From Naegleria gruberi (taxonomy: Eukaryota), in the NCBI GenBank assembly GCA_000004985.1, contig GG738905.1: a DNA stretch of 64,000 nt, one strand, 5' to 3'. The notes beneath the pieces are model-generated. The model did no database searches. It had not been told where the DNA came from and saw only the letters and a program-made list of their open reading frames with translations. Position numbers and translations under genes: made by a program. This document shows positions 44,706 to 58,323 of this stretch, one piece after another (within the stretch, counting starts at the first letter, position 1; every line of letters begins with the position of its first letter).

Positions 44706-45739
44706 ATTGATGAAATCTGGATTATGTTGAATAGGAATTGTATTCTTCCTTAATGTTCTAATAACAAAATATATGAACAGTTCGTTTTAACTAATTAGCT
44801 AATTGATATACTACTATTCTGTGTCAAAATATTTCCTTAGTCGTTAAAATTTCAACAATTTATGCCGCCTACTAATAATTTCACCACTTTTTTGCAATTA
44901 TTTGCAATAATTAAAGGTTCTATTTTGAATAAATTGATGTATAATATTGATGCAAATGATGATAAAGGAAAGATGTAGTGAGCCAAATTTTACTCTTGAT
45001 GATAATAATTCTTTGCTTTTTGTTTTAATATTGAGCGAAGAATAAGCTAGCTTACAGGAGCTAGTTTGCACAGCTCAAAGATGCAACAACAGCTCCAACC
45101 ACAACAACACACCACCACCAAAACAGTAGAAGCCACTATATTTCATTTGGCTTAAATTCATGTTTAGAAGTCGGTGTGATACGTTTATGGAAACTCCATC
45201 ACCTTCAAGAGATTTGTTTTCCAAATGGCCTTATTTACAGCTCCTCAGATTTTCGCCTCAATTTGAAGTTCGGCCTTAGAGTGGCGCGTTTACCAATTTT
45301 GAGTTCATCATATGTGCAACAGCAAAGAGTGAAAGCTTGGCATGAGAATGCTGTTTGAACCTATCAGAGAAAAGATGTGCAATTTGAAACCCAACATCTG
45401 GTAATGTGAGGTTGTGAATTATTAATGTTGTTGTTGTTTTTTTAGTATCTCTTGATCAGTTGAGTTGTGGTAAAATATCATGATTGAAGTTTCGTGTGGT
45501 TAAAAGTGGAGTATTCTGTTATGGGCCATGTCTTGATTGGGATTGAAAATCCTTAATTCCACCTTTGAATAAGATCAGGTTTGATCAATTCAACCTGAAA
45601 TGGCTTGATAAACCATAAAGTGATTTTTGCAATTCATTAGAACCCATGAGATATTGCCTTATCAATAAAAGACAAAATCAAACAGTTGTTATTATTATTG
45701 TTGCTGTTTATTAACATAAATGATTAACATAGAGGCGTG

Positions 45740-46246
45740 TTAGATTGAATCAGAATCAATAGTATTATCGACATCATTGGATTCTTCATTCACTTGCTCA
45801 ACAAATTGAGACATGAGTAATTTCATACAACGACCCTTATCTTCCAATGAAAGTTTCTTGAATTGTTTCAAGATTTGCTTGACTGAATCTTGTGTACTTT
45901 CTGATGATTCCTTCTTCTCCTTCTTTTCCTTTTTTACTATAGTTGGCAGTGGAGATCCACTTAGTAAACAGTGAAGTGCCTTTAGCTTTTCCTTCTTGTG
46001 ATAATCTTGAACCTTCTCTTTGAAATCACTGTATTCTCCAATCTCCTTTCCATTCAAGCTGAATTTAATTCTATCAGCAACTTGGCCACTTGTTTTATAA
46101 TCTGTAACTTCATTGCAAAATTCTGTAATACTGTCCAGTGAATTATTTGCATAGTGAATATGACCATCGGAGGACAATACTGCCTTGTGATCAACTTTTG
46201 TGTAGGTGAGGCTTAACTGAATAACAGTAGGAGTGGATGATGACAT
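45740..46246 (-). CDS. Hypothetical protein, Lys/Glu-rich, no recognisable domain
   Basis: The first ATG has an A-rich context and a 168-codon ORF follows. Confidence 0.4.
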   Translation of the reverse strand: MSSSTPTVIQLSLTYTKVDHKAVLSSDGHIHYANNSLDSITEFCNEVTDYKTSGQVADRIKFSLNGKEIGEYSDFKEKVQDYHKKEKLKALHCLLSGSPLPTIVKKEKKEKKESSESTQDSVKQILKQFKKLSLEDKGRCMKLLMSQFVEQVNEESNDVDNTIDSDSI

Positions 46247-46397
46247 TTTTTTTGTGATTGATTGGATGAGTTGTGTAGTATCTTTTTTTATTCTAAAATT
46301 GTCTAAAATTAGAATTGATAAGGAATTCCCTTAATATTCAATCAAAACAAGAAATTGTGTGTCGAAATACAATAATTTACACTTTTGTAGAGATGAT

Positions 46398-47547
46398 TTA
46401 TTTCTCCCAACCATATCTTTGAGCAACTCTGAAGAAAGCTTCCTTAGCTTCGTGTTCAGAGTATGGGGAGGTGTTTGAGAAATCCAATTGAGCTTCACCT
46501 GCAACCATTTCAGATCTGATTTGAACAAAGATTGATTCAAGAGAACAGACTGAACTCCAACCAGAGCTAGTCAACAATTCCATACAAATGGAACCACCAA
46601 TAGTGACGTGACCAGTACGGAAGGCAAATCTTGGCTTGAGAACTCTGATGAATGGTGGCTTGAACGGGAATTCAAGAGGGAAGGTCAAATCCAATGTAAT
46701 GTAACTGGTTGTGTTAATCAATTTGAAATAAAGAGATACTTACTCGATACCATTCTTCTTCTTGTATTCTTGCAAATCCTTGGCAATTTTACCATCTTCC
46801 TTGATATCAAAATTGAAGAATCTGATTTCCCAATGGAAAAGATCATCATTGACAGGATTGGCACTAATACCAAACTTTTCAGTGTTAGCTTGTTTAATCT
46901 TCATATATTCCTTCATAATGCAATTAACACAACCTTCTGAGGCACCAGTTGGTTTTTTGAATTTCTTCTTCATTTCTTCAAATTCTGGATCATATCCTCC
47001 ACTTGATTGATGAGTAACTGGTTGGATTGGATCATCATCCATATCATCACCAATATCAATTTCAACTTCCTCTGGTTCTTCGTCACCACCATCTTCATCA
47101 CCCAACAAGGCAGATTCAACTTCCTTGTAGAGAGCAGTAGCCTTTTGTAAAATATCAGTGAGAGATCTCTTTCCACTTCCACAATAATCACTCAATGATT
47201 TGACAAATTTAACATCTCCAACTTCTTCCAAAAGATAGTATTGACTGGTAACTTTCTATCATGATCAAGAATTAAATTATAATAATTGATGTATTTGATT
47301 GATAATTGATGTTGATCAATTTAATAACAAATAGTACATAAACTCTCCATCATCATTCAAATACTAAATTACTTACGAATGAATCTCCATTCTTTGTTAC
47401 GGAAAAGTATGGATTATCTTCAGCATCTACTTCGCTATCTACAATGACAATAATCTTCTCATCAGTACTATTACTCTTCAAAGTCCAAGAGAAGGAATTT
47501 TCCTTTGGGTTGTTGATGAACTTTTCTGCTTCAGCCTTTAAACTCAT
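46398..47547 (-). CDS. UBE2Q-like ubiquitin-conjugating enzyme with an N-terminal RWD-like extension and a C-terminal UBC fold. It has three exons.
   Basis: The UBC core reads RIMKEYMKIKQ...NDDLFHWEIRFFNFD...FPFKPPFIRVLKPRFAFRTGHVTIGGSICMELLT...GWSS, with the Cys of the HxxxxxGxIC active site. Two GTAAGT introns keep the frame. Confidence 0.65.
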
Positions 47548-47994
47548 CTCTGATCAATTCGTGAATTTTTTTTGCTGGAAATTACTTTTGGGTCTAAATT
47601 TAGCTCAGATTGCTTCTGTTGGAAAATTCAATATTGAACTGAACAATGAACCAGCTGTTAAATTTTGTAATGTATTGAAATTGATATCAAATAAATTTAA
47701 CATTTCATATTAGTTTTTAATATTAGTACTAGCCAACAGTAACCAATCAAAATTATTCAATATTTGGAGTTAAAAAACTCCACTGAATTCTTCCTCCGCA
47801 AAATGCACTCCTCATTACTTCTCCAATATTGACCAGCAGCATCTTTCCACTTCGATATCGATTCCAACAATGCCTAACCACATCGGAGAAGTAAATCAAA
47901 AAAGAATCTTGTCAATTTTTCAAATATTTTTCAAATTTTTGTTATTTTAAAATTTTCTCTCACAGAAAAATCATCAACACCAAAGATTATTAAC

Positions 47995-49812
47995 ATGTCC
48001 TTGCAAAGAAGTTTAGAAGCAATCAAGGGTTTGCATCCTGCTCCATTGTGGAATTACTTTGTCAAACTCTCCCAATGCCCACGTCCATCCAAGAAGGAAG
48101 AAAAGGCTATTGAATTTTTGAGAGCCTACGCTAAGGAAAATAACTTTGATATCAATGTTGATAATGTTGGCAATTGTTTGATCAAGGTTCCAGCTACTCC
48201 AGGCTATGAAAATACTCCAACTGTTGCTATTCAAGGACATATTGATATGGTTTGTGAGGTAGGTTTATTGTTGCTGTGTGGATTGTTTAAATGTTTGGAT
48301 TAATACTTTCATGTGATGATGAATTAATTTATTATTATTTATATATTTAAATATTTAATATATGTGATAATGTGATTTATAATCATCATGATGATAATGC
48401 AATTTCCATATTGAAAATCATGCAATTTCCTGTTGTTTCCATCAATTTATCTTCATCATCAATTTATATAGAAAAATGTAAGCTTTAACATTTGGAAGTT
48501 TTCTCATCACTCTATTACTCTAATCAAACTAATTTAAATTATTCATCATGCTATTTAATAATTATCATAATAGAAAACCACTCAACATGATTTTGACACT
48601 GATCCAATTACATTGATTCGTAGTCAAGATGGTGATTGGATTCATGCTGATGGTACTACTCTCGGATCTGACAATGGTATTGGTGTTTGTTGTGGATTGG
48701 CTCTTGCCACTGATAAGGATGTTGTCCACGGACCAATTGAATTGTTGTTGACCATTGATGAAGAAACTGGCATGTCAGGAGTTATGGCATTAAAGCCAGA
48801 ATTCTGTACTGCCAAGTATTTGTTGAATTTGGATGCTGAAGAACTTGGTGCTTTCTATGTTGGTTGTGCTGGTGGTCAAGATACTACTGCTTCTTTCGAT
48901 ATTGTTGAAGAAGAATTGGTTGACTCATCTTCATTTGAACAAGTTTCAATTATGGTTTCTGGTTTGAAGGGTGGTCACTCTGGTATTGATATTCACACTG
49001 GACGTGGTAATGCCATTAAATTGTTGGCCAGAACTTTGAAGCATGTTTTGGATGAAGTTCCATCTGATAATCTCAAAGTTTTCTATATTGAAGCTGGTAG
49101 TAAGAGAAATGCAATTCCAAGAGAAGCTTGGGTTAATGCCTATGTCAAGAAGGATAAATTGGAAGCTGTTAAGGAAAGAGTTGCTGCTTTTGAAAAGTTA
49201 GCTGTTTCTGAATTCAGTGTTCCAGAACCAAACTTGAAGATTTCTGTTGGTCCAGTTGAATCTGCCACTACTTCTACTAAGGTCTTTGCTAGTGAATTCT
49301 TGTCCAAATTGATTTCAGTCATCTTTGCTGTTCCTCATGGTGTTTTCCAAATGAGTCCAGTTATTGAAGGTCTCGTTGAAACCTCTACCAACTTGGCTAT
49401 TGTCAATACTCGTGATGGTAAGATTGAATTCTGTACTTCTCAAAGATCAAGTGTCAACTCTGCCAAGAACTACGCTGCTCACAGTGTTGCTTCTGTCTTT
49501 GCCTTGTCAGGTGCTGACGTCAAACACTCTGATGGTTATGTTGGATGGCAACCAGATATGAATTCTCCACTCCTCAAGTTATGTAAGGATGTTTACACTG
49601 AAAAGTATAAGGCTACTCCAGAAATTAAGGCTATTCATGCTGGTTTGGAATGTGGTTTGCTCTTGGAAACTTATCCAAACATGCACATGATTGCTTATGG
49701 TCCAACCATTGTTGGTGCTCACTCTCCAGACGAAAAGGTCAGAATTGCTGATGTTGCTCATACTTATGAATTGACCAGTGCTATTTTGGAAGCTATTGCC
49801 AAGAGTCAATAA
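47995..49812 (+). CDS. pepD: Xaa-His (aminoacyl-histidine) dipeptidase PepD, peptidase family M20C. Exons are 47995..48258 and 48574..49812.
   Basis: Colinear similarity to E. coli PepD runs end to end: LWNYFVKLSQCPRPSKKE against LWDIFAKICSIPHPS; HIDMVCE|KTTQHDFDTDPI against HLDMVPQKNNDTVHDFTKDPI; GTTLGSDNGIG, LLTIDEETGMSG, YVGCAGG, GLKGGHSG and IHAGLECGLL...AYGPTIVGAHSPDE all match. A 315-nt GTAGGT...AATAG intron interrupts at phase 0. Confidence 0.85.
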
Positions 49813-49981
49813 ATTGTAATTTCCACATCATTTATTAATATCAAATCAGGTCTTTTTCAAGAGTTTAAATTTCAATTCATGTCTTTCTAATTCATTCGAA
49901 TTGAATGAAATTGTGAGCTAAAAGTCTTTTGGTTAGCTGTACAGTAAATTATTCCACCATCTTATTTAAATGATAACATCA

Positions 49982-50386
49982 TTATTCCTCATCCTCGTCT
50001 TCTTCATATCTGTAACGTTGTCTCTTTTGGAGCTGTCTCTCATATTCTGCTTGATAAACTTGACGAAGTTGTTCATCTTGAATTTCCTCAGGTTTTATAA
50101 TTGGTTTTCCTTGATTCGTTCTTTCTACATTTTCCTTGTAAATCTATTGTGAAAATTAAATTCCGAAATAATTCCAAATATTAAAAACGACATCAAATGT
50201 GAAATCCAAAGTTGATGTCACCAAATTTTTAAAAACACCTACTGAATAAAGAGGATTTTCATTGGCTTTCTTATCTAACCATTGTTTACTCCACTTGTTA
50301 ATTTGCAGCGAGAGGAACACTACTCCGATGACTGATAGTGGAGCAGCTACTGTGACAACCTTCATCCATGTCTTCGGTTTTTGCAT
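49982..50386 (-). CDS. Small single-TM protein with a Glu/Gln-rich acidic C-terminus (two exons)
   Basis: The start is A-rich. The protein is MQKPKTWMKVVTVAAPLSVIGVVFLSLQINKW...NENPLYS|IYKENVERTNQGK...YRYEEDEDEE, joined across a GTAGGT...CAATAG intron. Confidence 0.4.
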
Positions 50387-50491
50387 TTTTTTTGAATTGT
50401 ACAAGTTTTTGATTGAATCAATTAATTTATTTTTCTTTGGAGGTTATTCCTGTTTAAGGTTGATAGACAAGCAAAAGTTAAATAATGTGGT

Positions 50492-51923
50492 TTATTGATA
50501 GACAATTGTGGCTGATTTGGCAGCATACTCAACCAAGTTATGCTCGTTTTCGCCAACACCAAATGAGGTTTCAATAAATGCACACAACATTACGTTAAGA
50601 CCCTTAGGTTTAAAAATGTATAGCAAATGGTCAACTTCTGCAAAACCAATCCTCTTTACAAAATGGAAGTGGTATCGCGAAACTGAATCGAATGCACTAG
50701 CTCCAAATTTTGATGTGGCATCTTCATCCCTTACAATTGTCTCAATGCCATTGAAAGCATCATGGCTCAATTTGTGGAATAGCATATTTTCATATAGACC
50801 TTTTGTAAATTCGTAATCTTCATCTGTACATGAACTAATTTTCTGATAAACTATGGAGAGAATTTCAATTTGATCAGTTTCAGGACCGAGGCATCTGGTA
50901 GACCAAAATTCTGCTTCATAGTGGCTATGGCTATCCTTATTTACAGATTGTGCTTTCTTTACAATCCAATCGGCTGGAAGAAGAATGGTCAAATTCTTGC
51001 TTACAGATCTCTTTGTCCATCCCTTTACAAATTCATCAACATCAGAATTTTCCACAACAGGACGACTATTCGAGACGACACTATTACCATCCCAGTGACC
51101 TAATTCAATTCGAGCATGCTTATTACTCTCTTCGAGTAATAATGCTGCTGTAAAATGTTCGTTACGAATAATTTTAACTGATGCCTCAAGAGCTCCAGAG
51201 ATAGAGTTATCCTCCCTCAAAGAAGATAAATTTCCTTGTGATGCACTAGCCCTCAATTCGTGAGAGTCTGTATCTGGAGTACCGTTTGTATGATCAATTG
51301 TTGAACTATTGGAAGAAGTTGGAGAGCCAGGTCTAGAATTATGCATTCCCTTCATAGCAATCTTGATCGATTTTTCCACGTTCACACAACTCAAATCATC
51401 CCCATCCACATAAAAATCTCCTTCTGCAATCTTTTTATCCTTTCTCAATGTATGGGACTCCATTAATGTGAACCAAAATTTAATTCCATGCTGAGAACAT
51501 TCAATGGATGGAAAATCAAATTCTAATCACCATTAAATAATCAATATTGGAATCCAATATAAATTCAAAACAACTCTCAAAGAACTTACCTTGATTCCAA
51601 TTAAATACAAATTCATCTGTTTGATCATTGATCTTGACTTGAACTCCTGAAATATTATCATGAGATTCAATTGGTGTTGAGGCACATGATTCGGGATCAT
51701 AGGTTGACAATGCCTCATGACTATTTACACGATCCATTCCCAAATTTTCCAAACAAGGTGTCGATTTAACCTTAACAACTGTCTGTTTGTGACTCTTTTG
51801 ATCACAATGATGAGTTCCAGCCTGTTGTACCATCAAATAACATTTTCGTGGCAAATCCGCATGAGGAGCAAAGTGTCCAGCAAGAACTCGAAAATGTATT
51901 GAATCACCCTTAGCAAATACCAT
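50492..51923 (-). CDS. Conserved-looking hypothetical protein (two exons). No confident domain assignment.
   Basis: The N-terminal exon (MVFAKGDSIHFRVLAGHFAPHAD...) is joined by a GTAAGT...CTCAG intron to a 323-aa exon containing His-rich motifs (DSHSHYEAEFW, HFHFVKRIGFAEVDH). Confidence 0.45.
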
Positions 51924-52705
51924 CTTGTTTATATTCGATTGATGATGATCGTATTCGATTTTTCAAAATTCTCTCAAAATTCTCTATTATAATACTCTTT
52001 TGAATAATATTTGTACTCTACTACAAGTAACAAGTAAACTGTTCCGCAACTACTTTTTGATGAAATAATAATAGAGTTTCAACTGTTCGGAAAAAAGCGA
52101 GGGAAATTTCCAAAGACTTGTTTTGAATTTTTTTTTTGTGATTGTTGTTAGAGCGATAATATTCGTAACCGTTCATCTATGCATAGTTTCTGTTATTTGT
52201 CCGCCAAGAATCGCATTAAATGGGACAATTTGTCTTGTATTGGAGGGTAGACACAAGACGGCGAAATGGTGCATTGATGACATTTGGCAGTTTTAAAGTG
52301 AGGAAATAAGGGAAATGAAAATATCTTTTCCATTTCTCCTATCAATAATCTAATTGAATTTAGTTTACAACAGTTTACAATGAAATGCAAATTTAAGGTT
52401 ATATATAGTTGAATGCTTACTAAGATGAAGGTACTAGATAATACTAATAATTGATAGAAAATACTGGTACTCGATTCATTTCATCCTCTATCTAACTGTT
52501 TGAAAATTGTTATTTTTGGGTTGGATTAATTTTCCATAGAGGTTTCGAATTTCTGCAAAAAAGTTCTTTTTCTAATCTAGAGCACTCTTTACTTTCAAAA
52601 ATGAATTTCATTCATAAAAAGAACATTTGATTTTAAGTGTTAATAATAATTAAATATTAAATAGTCATTTGTAATTTATTATTTAAAAAAATAATTTTAA
52701 AAAAA

Positions 52706-55700
52706 ATGGACTCACACAATATCAGAGTTTTTCAATCACAAGATATTTTGTGCCCACACGATCTCGGACAGCCCTACTGCAGTGCTGCGAGTGATAGTTT
52801 ATTCTGGGTCGCATACAATGGAATTGTCAAAGGCTACTCGACACAAACAACACAGAAAGAGTTTCATTGCCTTTATGAATTTCAGCCTTTGTGGAATCAA
52901 GTGGATGCTATTCATTATTTGCCAGATATTAGGAGAGTAATTACGGTGGAAAGGAGAGTTTTATATTCATCATCTTCATCATCATTGAATGGAGGAGCAA
53001 CAATAACATCCTCTCCGATGAATAATAGTTTAAATGTTTTGGCAACATCATCAAATTTGACGGATTTTAAATCAAATCTCACGAGTGTTAATAATAATAA
53101 CAGTCAGGGAACAAATGGTGGAGTGAGTGTGGAGCAATGTTGTAGAGTTTATCATTTTGATTATGATAAGAAGGAGAGAAAGACAATAATTACACCTTCT
53201 ACATTACCGATTCAACATTTTACGACATTTGCTAGTGGAGATTCTTTAAATAGTGAATTGCTTATTTCTGTCTGTACATATAGTAATCAACTGTTGACTT
53301 GTGTGAAGGATGTTATTTCATTGTGGAAATTTACAAATCATGATACATCTGTTTGTGTGTTAAAACTTCACACTTCTTGGAATGTCAAGTGTATTTCTGT
53401 TTTTAACCAATTTATTGGGTACGGAACAACAAAAGATGTCCGTGTTGTGGAATTAAAATTAAAAGACAGTCAAAAGTTTGAATTTGTGGAGAATATTCAA
53501 GAGGATGACCTCATGGAAGAAGCTGAATTACAAAACAATGCAGAAATTCTCAACACTAAAAATCTATCACTATTGGATATTCAAAAGAAAATTCAATCAA
53601 GAATTCAGGATCAATTTATTGGACCAACTATTGAAACTCAATCCACACCAACCAGTACTTCCATTCTACAAAGGCAAAGAAATGGATCTGGTCCCCTCAC
53701 AAACAAGACAATGGCCATGTATTGGGGTAAAAGTCAATTGGAATCTAGTGACGAAATACAAATTCGTCTCGATATGGCAACCAAAGAATTACTTCCTTCT
53801 CCAGCCACTCAGAAATACAGTGAGGCTGTAGCAATAACACCTGAGGATAGAAAGAAGAAAAAGACTGCCATTACATTTTCAACTAATATTGCCTATGATA
53901 TTGTTGGAGAAACCACAACAGTCGATCACCCAGCTTTTGTAAATACTCACTACATGTAAGTTATCAATATTATTGACCTATGAATTTGTTTATTCATTAA
54001 TAATTACAGTGAGGCTTGTACCAATTTACTTCACAAACATTTCACCGATGAGGAAAGTCCAAGATCTATTCACTTTCTTCAAAACATTGCTCAAAAGAGA
54101 GACTTTAATCAAAATACAGGCATGAAATGTATTTTGAGTACTTCAACTTGTGGTTATGTTTATGGATTATCGAGTCCTCAACAATTACTTTGCGAATTTG
54201 AATATACAGGAGAATGCTTAATGAGTGCTGTCAATTCATTGTTCCTTTATGCTATTACACCAGTAGGATTGGAAATTTGGTCAGTTCTTGGCAGTAATAA
54301 TGGTTGCCTTCTCAGGTTCCATCCTTTCATTGGTCTCAAGAACGTCTCTGCCACAGACAAGCATGTCATTCTTCTCTCCAAGATGAGCAGCAACGAGAAT
54401 GTTTCCATTGCTGCCTATTATAACCAACAGACAGAGAAGACTGTTCTCGTGTCTGACATGAGAAGCATTGAGAAAGTCAGTAGAGCTTCAACAGCCAAAG
54501 AGGGTTCAAGAAGTGGCTCACTCCTACCAATTTTCAGTGCAAGAAGAAAAAAGGAAGAACCAAAATCCACAGCCCAACCAGTTGTTGAAGAATTTTCCTA
54601 TAACATTTATGCCCTGAACTCGGTAGAATTATGTGAAATTTATGAAGACATGCTCGAACATGCCATAATGTACAAGACCCAAGATAATGCCAAGTATATG
54701 AAACTTTTGAAGGAATCTCACAGCTTATTGCAATCAAAATATTTTGAACTTTTAGCAAAGGAAAAGAAATTGGATAGACCAGAGACAGATCCGGTCATTA
54801 TTTTAAAAACAAGAGTGGACTTGCAAAACTATACTACATTATTGAAGAGATCATTCGGATTAATAGGTGATACCTATGTTTCTGCTGGACAAATCGATAA
54901 GGCAGCCTATGCTTATTCGAATAGTGACAGACCAATCGATAATGTCTTTGAGAATTTGTCTGTTAGAGAAGAATCTCTTCTTCTCTTCCTGGATCATGTT
55001 CTCTTTGATAATGACATTAGCAATATGGAGAAGGTTTGCTCAGAAGAATTGGGTGATAAAATACTCTCCATTTACAGGCAAAGAACGCCACACAGATTGT
55101 CCAATGTCATCTTATCTGGTAGTATTAACTTTTCCAAGAGTCATGCCATCTCACTATTGCATGAAATCAGTGAAGAATATATCAAGGCTCAACAGACTGT
55201 TTCTCAACTTGAAATGAGTCAAGGAGAGCAAAACTGCATTGGAGAACAATCTTGGTTTGATATCATGCCTAAAGATGCAATTGTTCTTTCATTGATGCAA
55301 TTGAACAATGGAGAAGCTGAGCAAGCTATTACAATTTTAAGGTCTGTGGAAGGCAACTGTTTGGTTGACTTTTTGATCAATTATCCAAACTTGTTAACTT
55401 CACCAAGCGAGCCATTCTCCTTGTTTGCAAAAACTATTAGAGAATATGCTCCATGGTGTTTATTGGAAGCCCTTGTACGTTTGACCTCTGCTAATTGTTG
55501 TCCATTAGAAACTCAACACGTTCTCAATTTGCTGAAGGGAGAAGAAATCAAATTTACAGCTGAAGAACTTCCAATTACACCTCTTGTGATGCAACAAATC
55601 TACTTGTCCTCACTACTTATTGCTGGCGATTATACAAATGAGAAAATACTAATTGATAATGCTCTCCTATTACTCAAAGTATTCATATCGGAATTGGAAC

Positions 55701-56695
55701 AAGTAACTCTAACATTGAAGCAATCTGACATTGAGTTATTGGTCAAGTGTGTTAAGAGTAAGGTGGATTTGATTAATTCTTTGAATTCTCCTCAACCTTT
55801 CATGTCTCCTTCAGATATTTCATCAAATGAAGATATTATAGGTCAAGAGTTTGCTCCCCTCATCTCAAACCTTTCACAACTTCAAGATTTGAAGCAATAT
55901 TGTTCCTTCCTCCACTATTCATTTATTCCTTTCCGTGAAAATCTCAAATGGCCAAAAGAATTTGTAAATTATGAGTTTGAAAAGAATAGAGACTCGTTTG
56001 GAAATGTAAACTCTAAAACCCTCTCAGAAAAGTACAACGATGTTAATAGTATTTTAGAGAGCATTTCAATGGCAGATGCTACCCTCTTTTCTCTTACAGA
56101 GAATGACCCATTCCTTTTAATGATTCACTTGTTGTACAGTGCCCAAGGTTTGATTTGCTTCTTTGTTCAACTTCTTTCAGGAAATGGCGATCTTTTCCAA
56201 GAATTTATCAAGATTATTGAATCTTCCAACGCTCATTCTACAGTTGGTTTTGAGACTTTGAAAATTTTGTGTATGACTGGTTCAAAACAACTCAAGGAAG
56301 GCATTGAAAGATTATTTGAAATTCTTGGACAAGTGAATGAAGACAATGAAAATTTCAAATCTAAAATGGATGTTCTCTATGGATTCATTCAGGAACACTG
56401 CAAGAATGTTGAGGAATGGAAGTGTGTTCTCCAGTTAATCTTTGAATACATTCAACAAGTCGAATCAGTCAATACCCAAGATTCCAAGCCTGCCATCTGT
56501 CCTAAATTCCTCTACAATTTACTAGATCGTGTGTTGAGAAATTTGGCACTTACCAACACTCCTGAGGAATTCCTCACTCTAATCCCAAAGAATGGCAGTA
56601 TGAAATTCTTCTTTACCTACATTCAATTGTGTTATTCACATTTCACAATGAATATTACCAACAATACCAATCTCCTTAATTTTGAAATTTTGTAA
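52706..56695 (+). CDS. Large protein of about 1,310 aa, likely beta-rich at the N-terminus and alpha-solenoid at the C-terminus. Function unknown. Exons are 52706..53955 and 54010..56695.
   Basis: The start is A-rich. The two long ORFs are joined by a 54-nt GTAAGT...TTACAG intron with the correct phase. No diagnostic motif was recognised. Confidence 0.55.
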
Positions 56696-56794
56696 TGTCA
56701 CCTCCACCAAGTAAAGACAATCCATTTACATTATCCACTCTCTCTTGATTTTCACTGTTATTTAAGTACATTCATAAAACACTTTACAAAAAAA

Positions 56795-57908
56795 ATGGTA
56801 GACAACGAGATTGGTAATCAGCCTCACGAACAACACAACGTTGTTACTCCTCCGAATAATTATAATAATGCAACGAATACAACGGATGATGAGGTAGGTT
56901 TGAAAATAATCAAAATAGAAAAAAAATAGAATCAACATATTGATGATGAATTTTACATCATTAAATAATCGACGAAAATCGGAAAAGGATTTGGAATTGG
57001 GAGTGGATGATTTGGATTTTATTAATAGTTCCTTCTCGGACCGTACACCATTGAATAAGGATTTTAATGATGATGCAAGATCAGATTTTTCAAACACTGA
57101 TAATTTAATACAGACACCATCAGAAAGAGTGAACAGTGGAGGGAGATCTATTCAGACAATTGTTGGATCTTGGTTTGAGAGAGTTAAAAAATGGTTTGGC
57201 AGTAGTATTTCATGGCTGATTTTTGCATCAATAGTTACAGTTTTAATTTGGCAGCTGCCATCGGATGTTGGACGATATATTGCTTATCCATTTACGATAT
57301 TTGGAACATTTTGGCACGAGATGGGACATGCCACAAGCGCTTTACTTTGTGGAAATAGTTTGAAATACATTATTATTGAAAGCAATGGATCAGGATTGAC
57401 TGTCTATGCCGATTATGCAGATAGTAGGATATGTAATGCTATCATTAGTGTGAATGGACCTCTTGGTCCAACATTCTTTGGCTGTTTAATCATTTGCTTA
57501 TCTGTTCTCTTTGTGAAACATGAAATATTCTCGAGAATTTTACTTGGTTTAATTTCAGTCATTGTATTTGTTTGTACAGTTTTACTGGTGAGAAAATCAT
57601 TATTTGGTATCATTTTCTTACCATGTCTTGCTGTAATTCTCTTGGTAATGTCTGTCAAAGCAAATGGAAAGATACTGACATTTTCATTGCAATTCATTGG
57701 AGTTCAAATGGCTATTTCCATGTATCAGAATATTCTCTACCTCTTCTCCAAAATGGATGGTAAATCAGATACTGGCTCTGTAGAGGTTCTCTTCAATGGA
57801 TTAGTTCCCTATTGGATGGTAGCAATATTCATCATTATTGTGAATGTCATTTTAATCTTGGTGAGCTTTCTCTTTGTCTTTCGTCAATCCCTCAAACAGA
57901 GTACCTAA
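56795..57908 (+). CDS. Polytopic HExxH membrane metalloprotease, Peptidase_M50B-like (two exons)
   Basis: The start is A-rich (MVDNEIGNQ...). WHEMGHA sits inside a TM helix. About 7 TM helices follow. There is an N-terminal GTAGGT intron. Confidence 0.6.
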
Positions 57909-58323
57909 GAATCAATCAACAATTACAAACCAAACACACAATTTTCACAATATGTCTTGCATTCTTAATGAAAAGTATCAAATTACTTAATTTACAGAAA
58001 GCATTCCTGTGCGGCATTACAATCCCTCCTTTCTTTGCTCATTGGAGAGAGCAAATAAATTGGAAAGGCCTCTTTTTGACACTTCAAAAACTTCGGGTCC
58101 TTACTTGCCTCGTCATCTATACTCTCTAACAACAACAGCACCACATCAATGGAATATTCACAACAAATTTAATTGTCAATATACACAGTAGAAAAAAACA
58201 AGAAGAACCGTTCATTGTTGTGGATAAGATCATAAGAGATATTTATAATAGCGGAGTTTGTGTAGAATAGTTTGACATCATCATTGTAGAGAAATATATA
58301 TTAATTCATCATCAGTAATAGAC

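Noticed and set aside
47995-49812. Considered that the PepD gene is bacterial contamination of the assembly
   Set aside because: It contains a phase-0 GT...AG intron. It has the same A-rich ATG context and AT-rich codon usage as its neighbours. It is flanked on both sides by clearly eukaryotic genes on the same contig.
50262-51153. Plus-strand ORFs 50262..50498, 50508..50816, 50870..51103 and 50950..51153
   Set aside because: They are antisense to the better-supported minus-strand two-exon gene 50492..51923. They have no motifs or start contexts.
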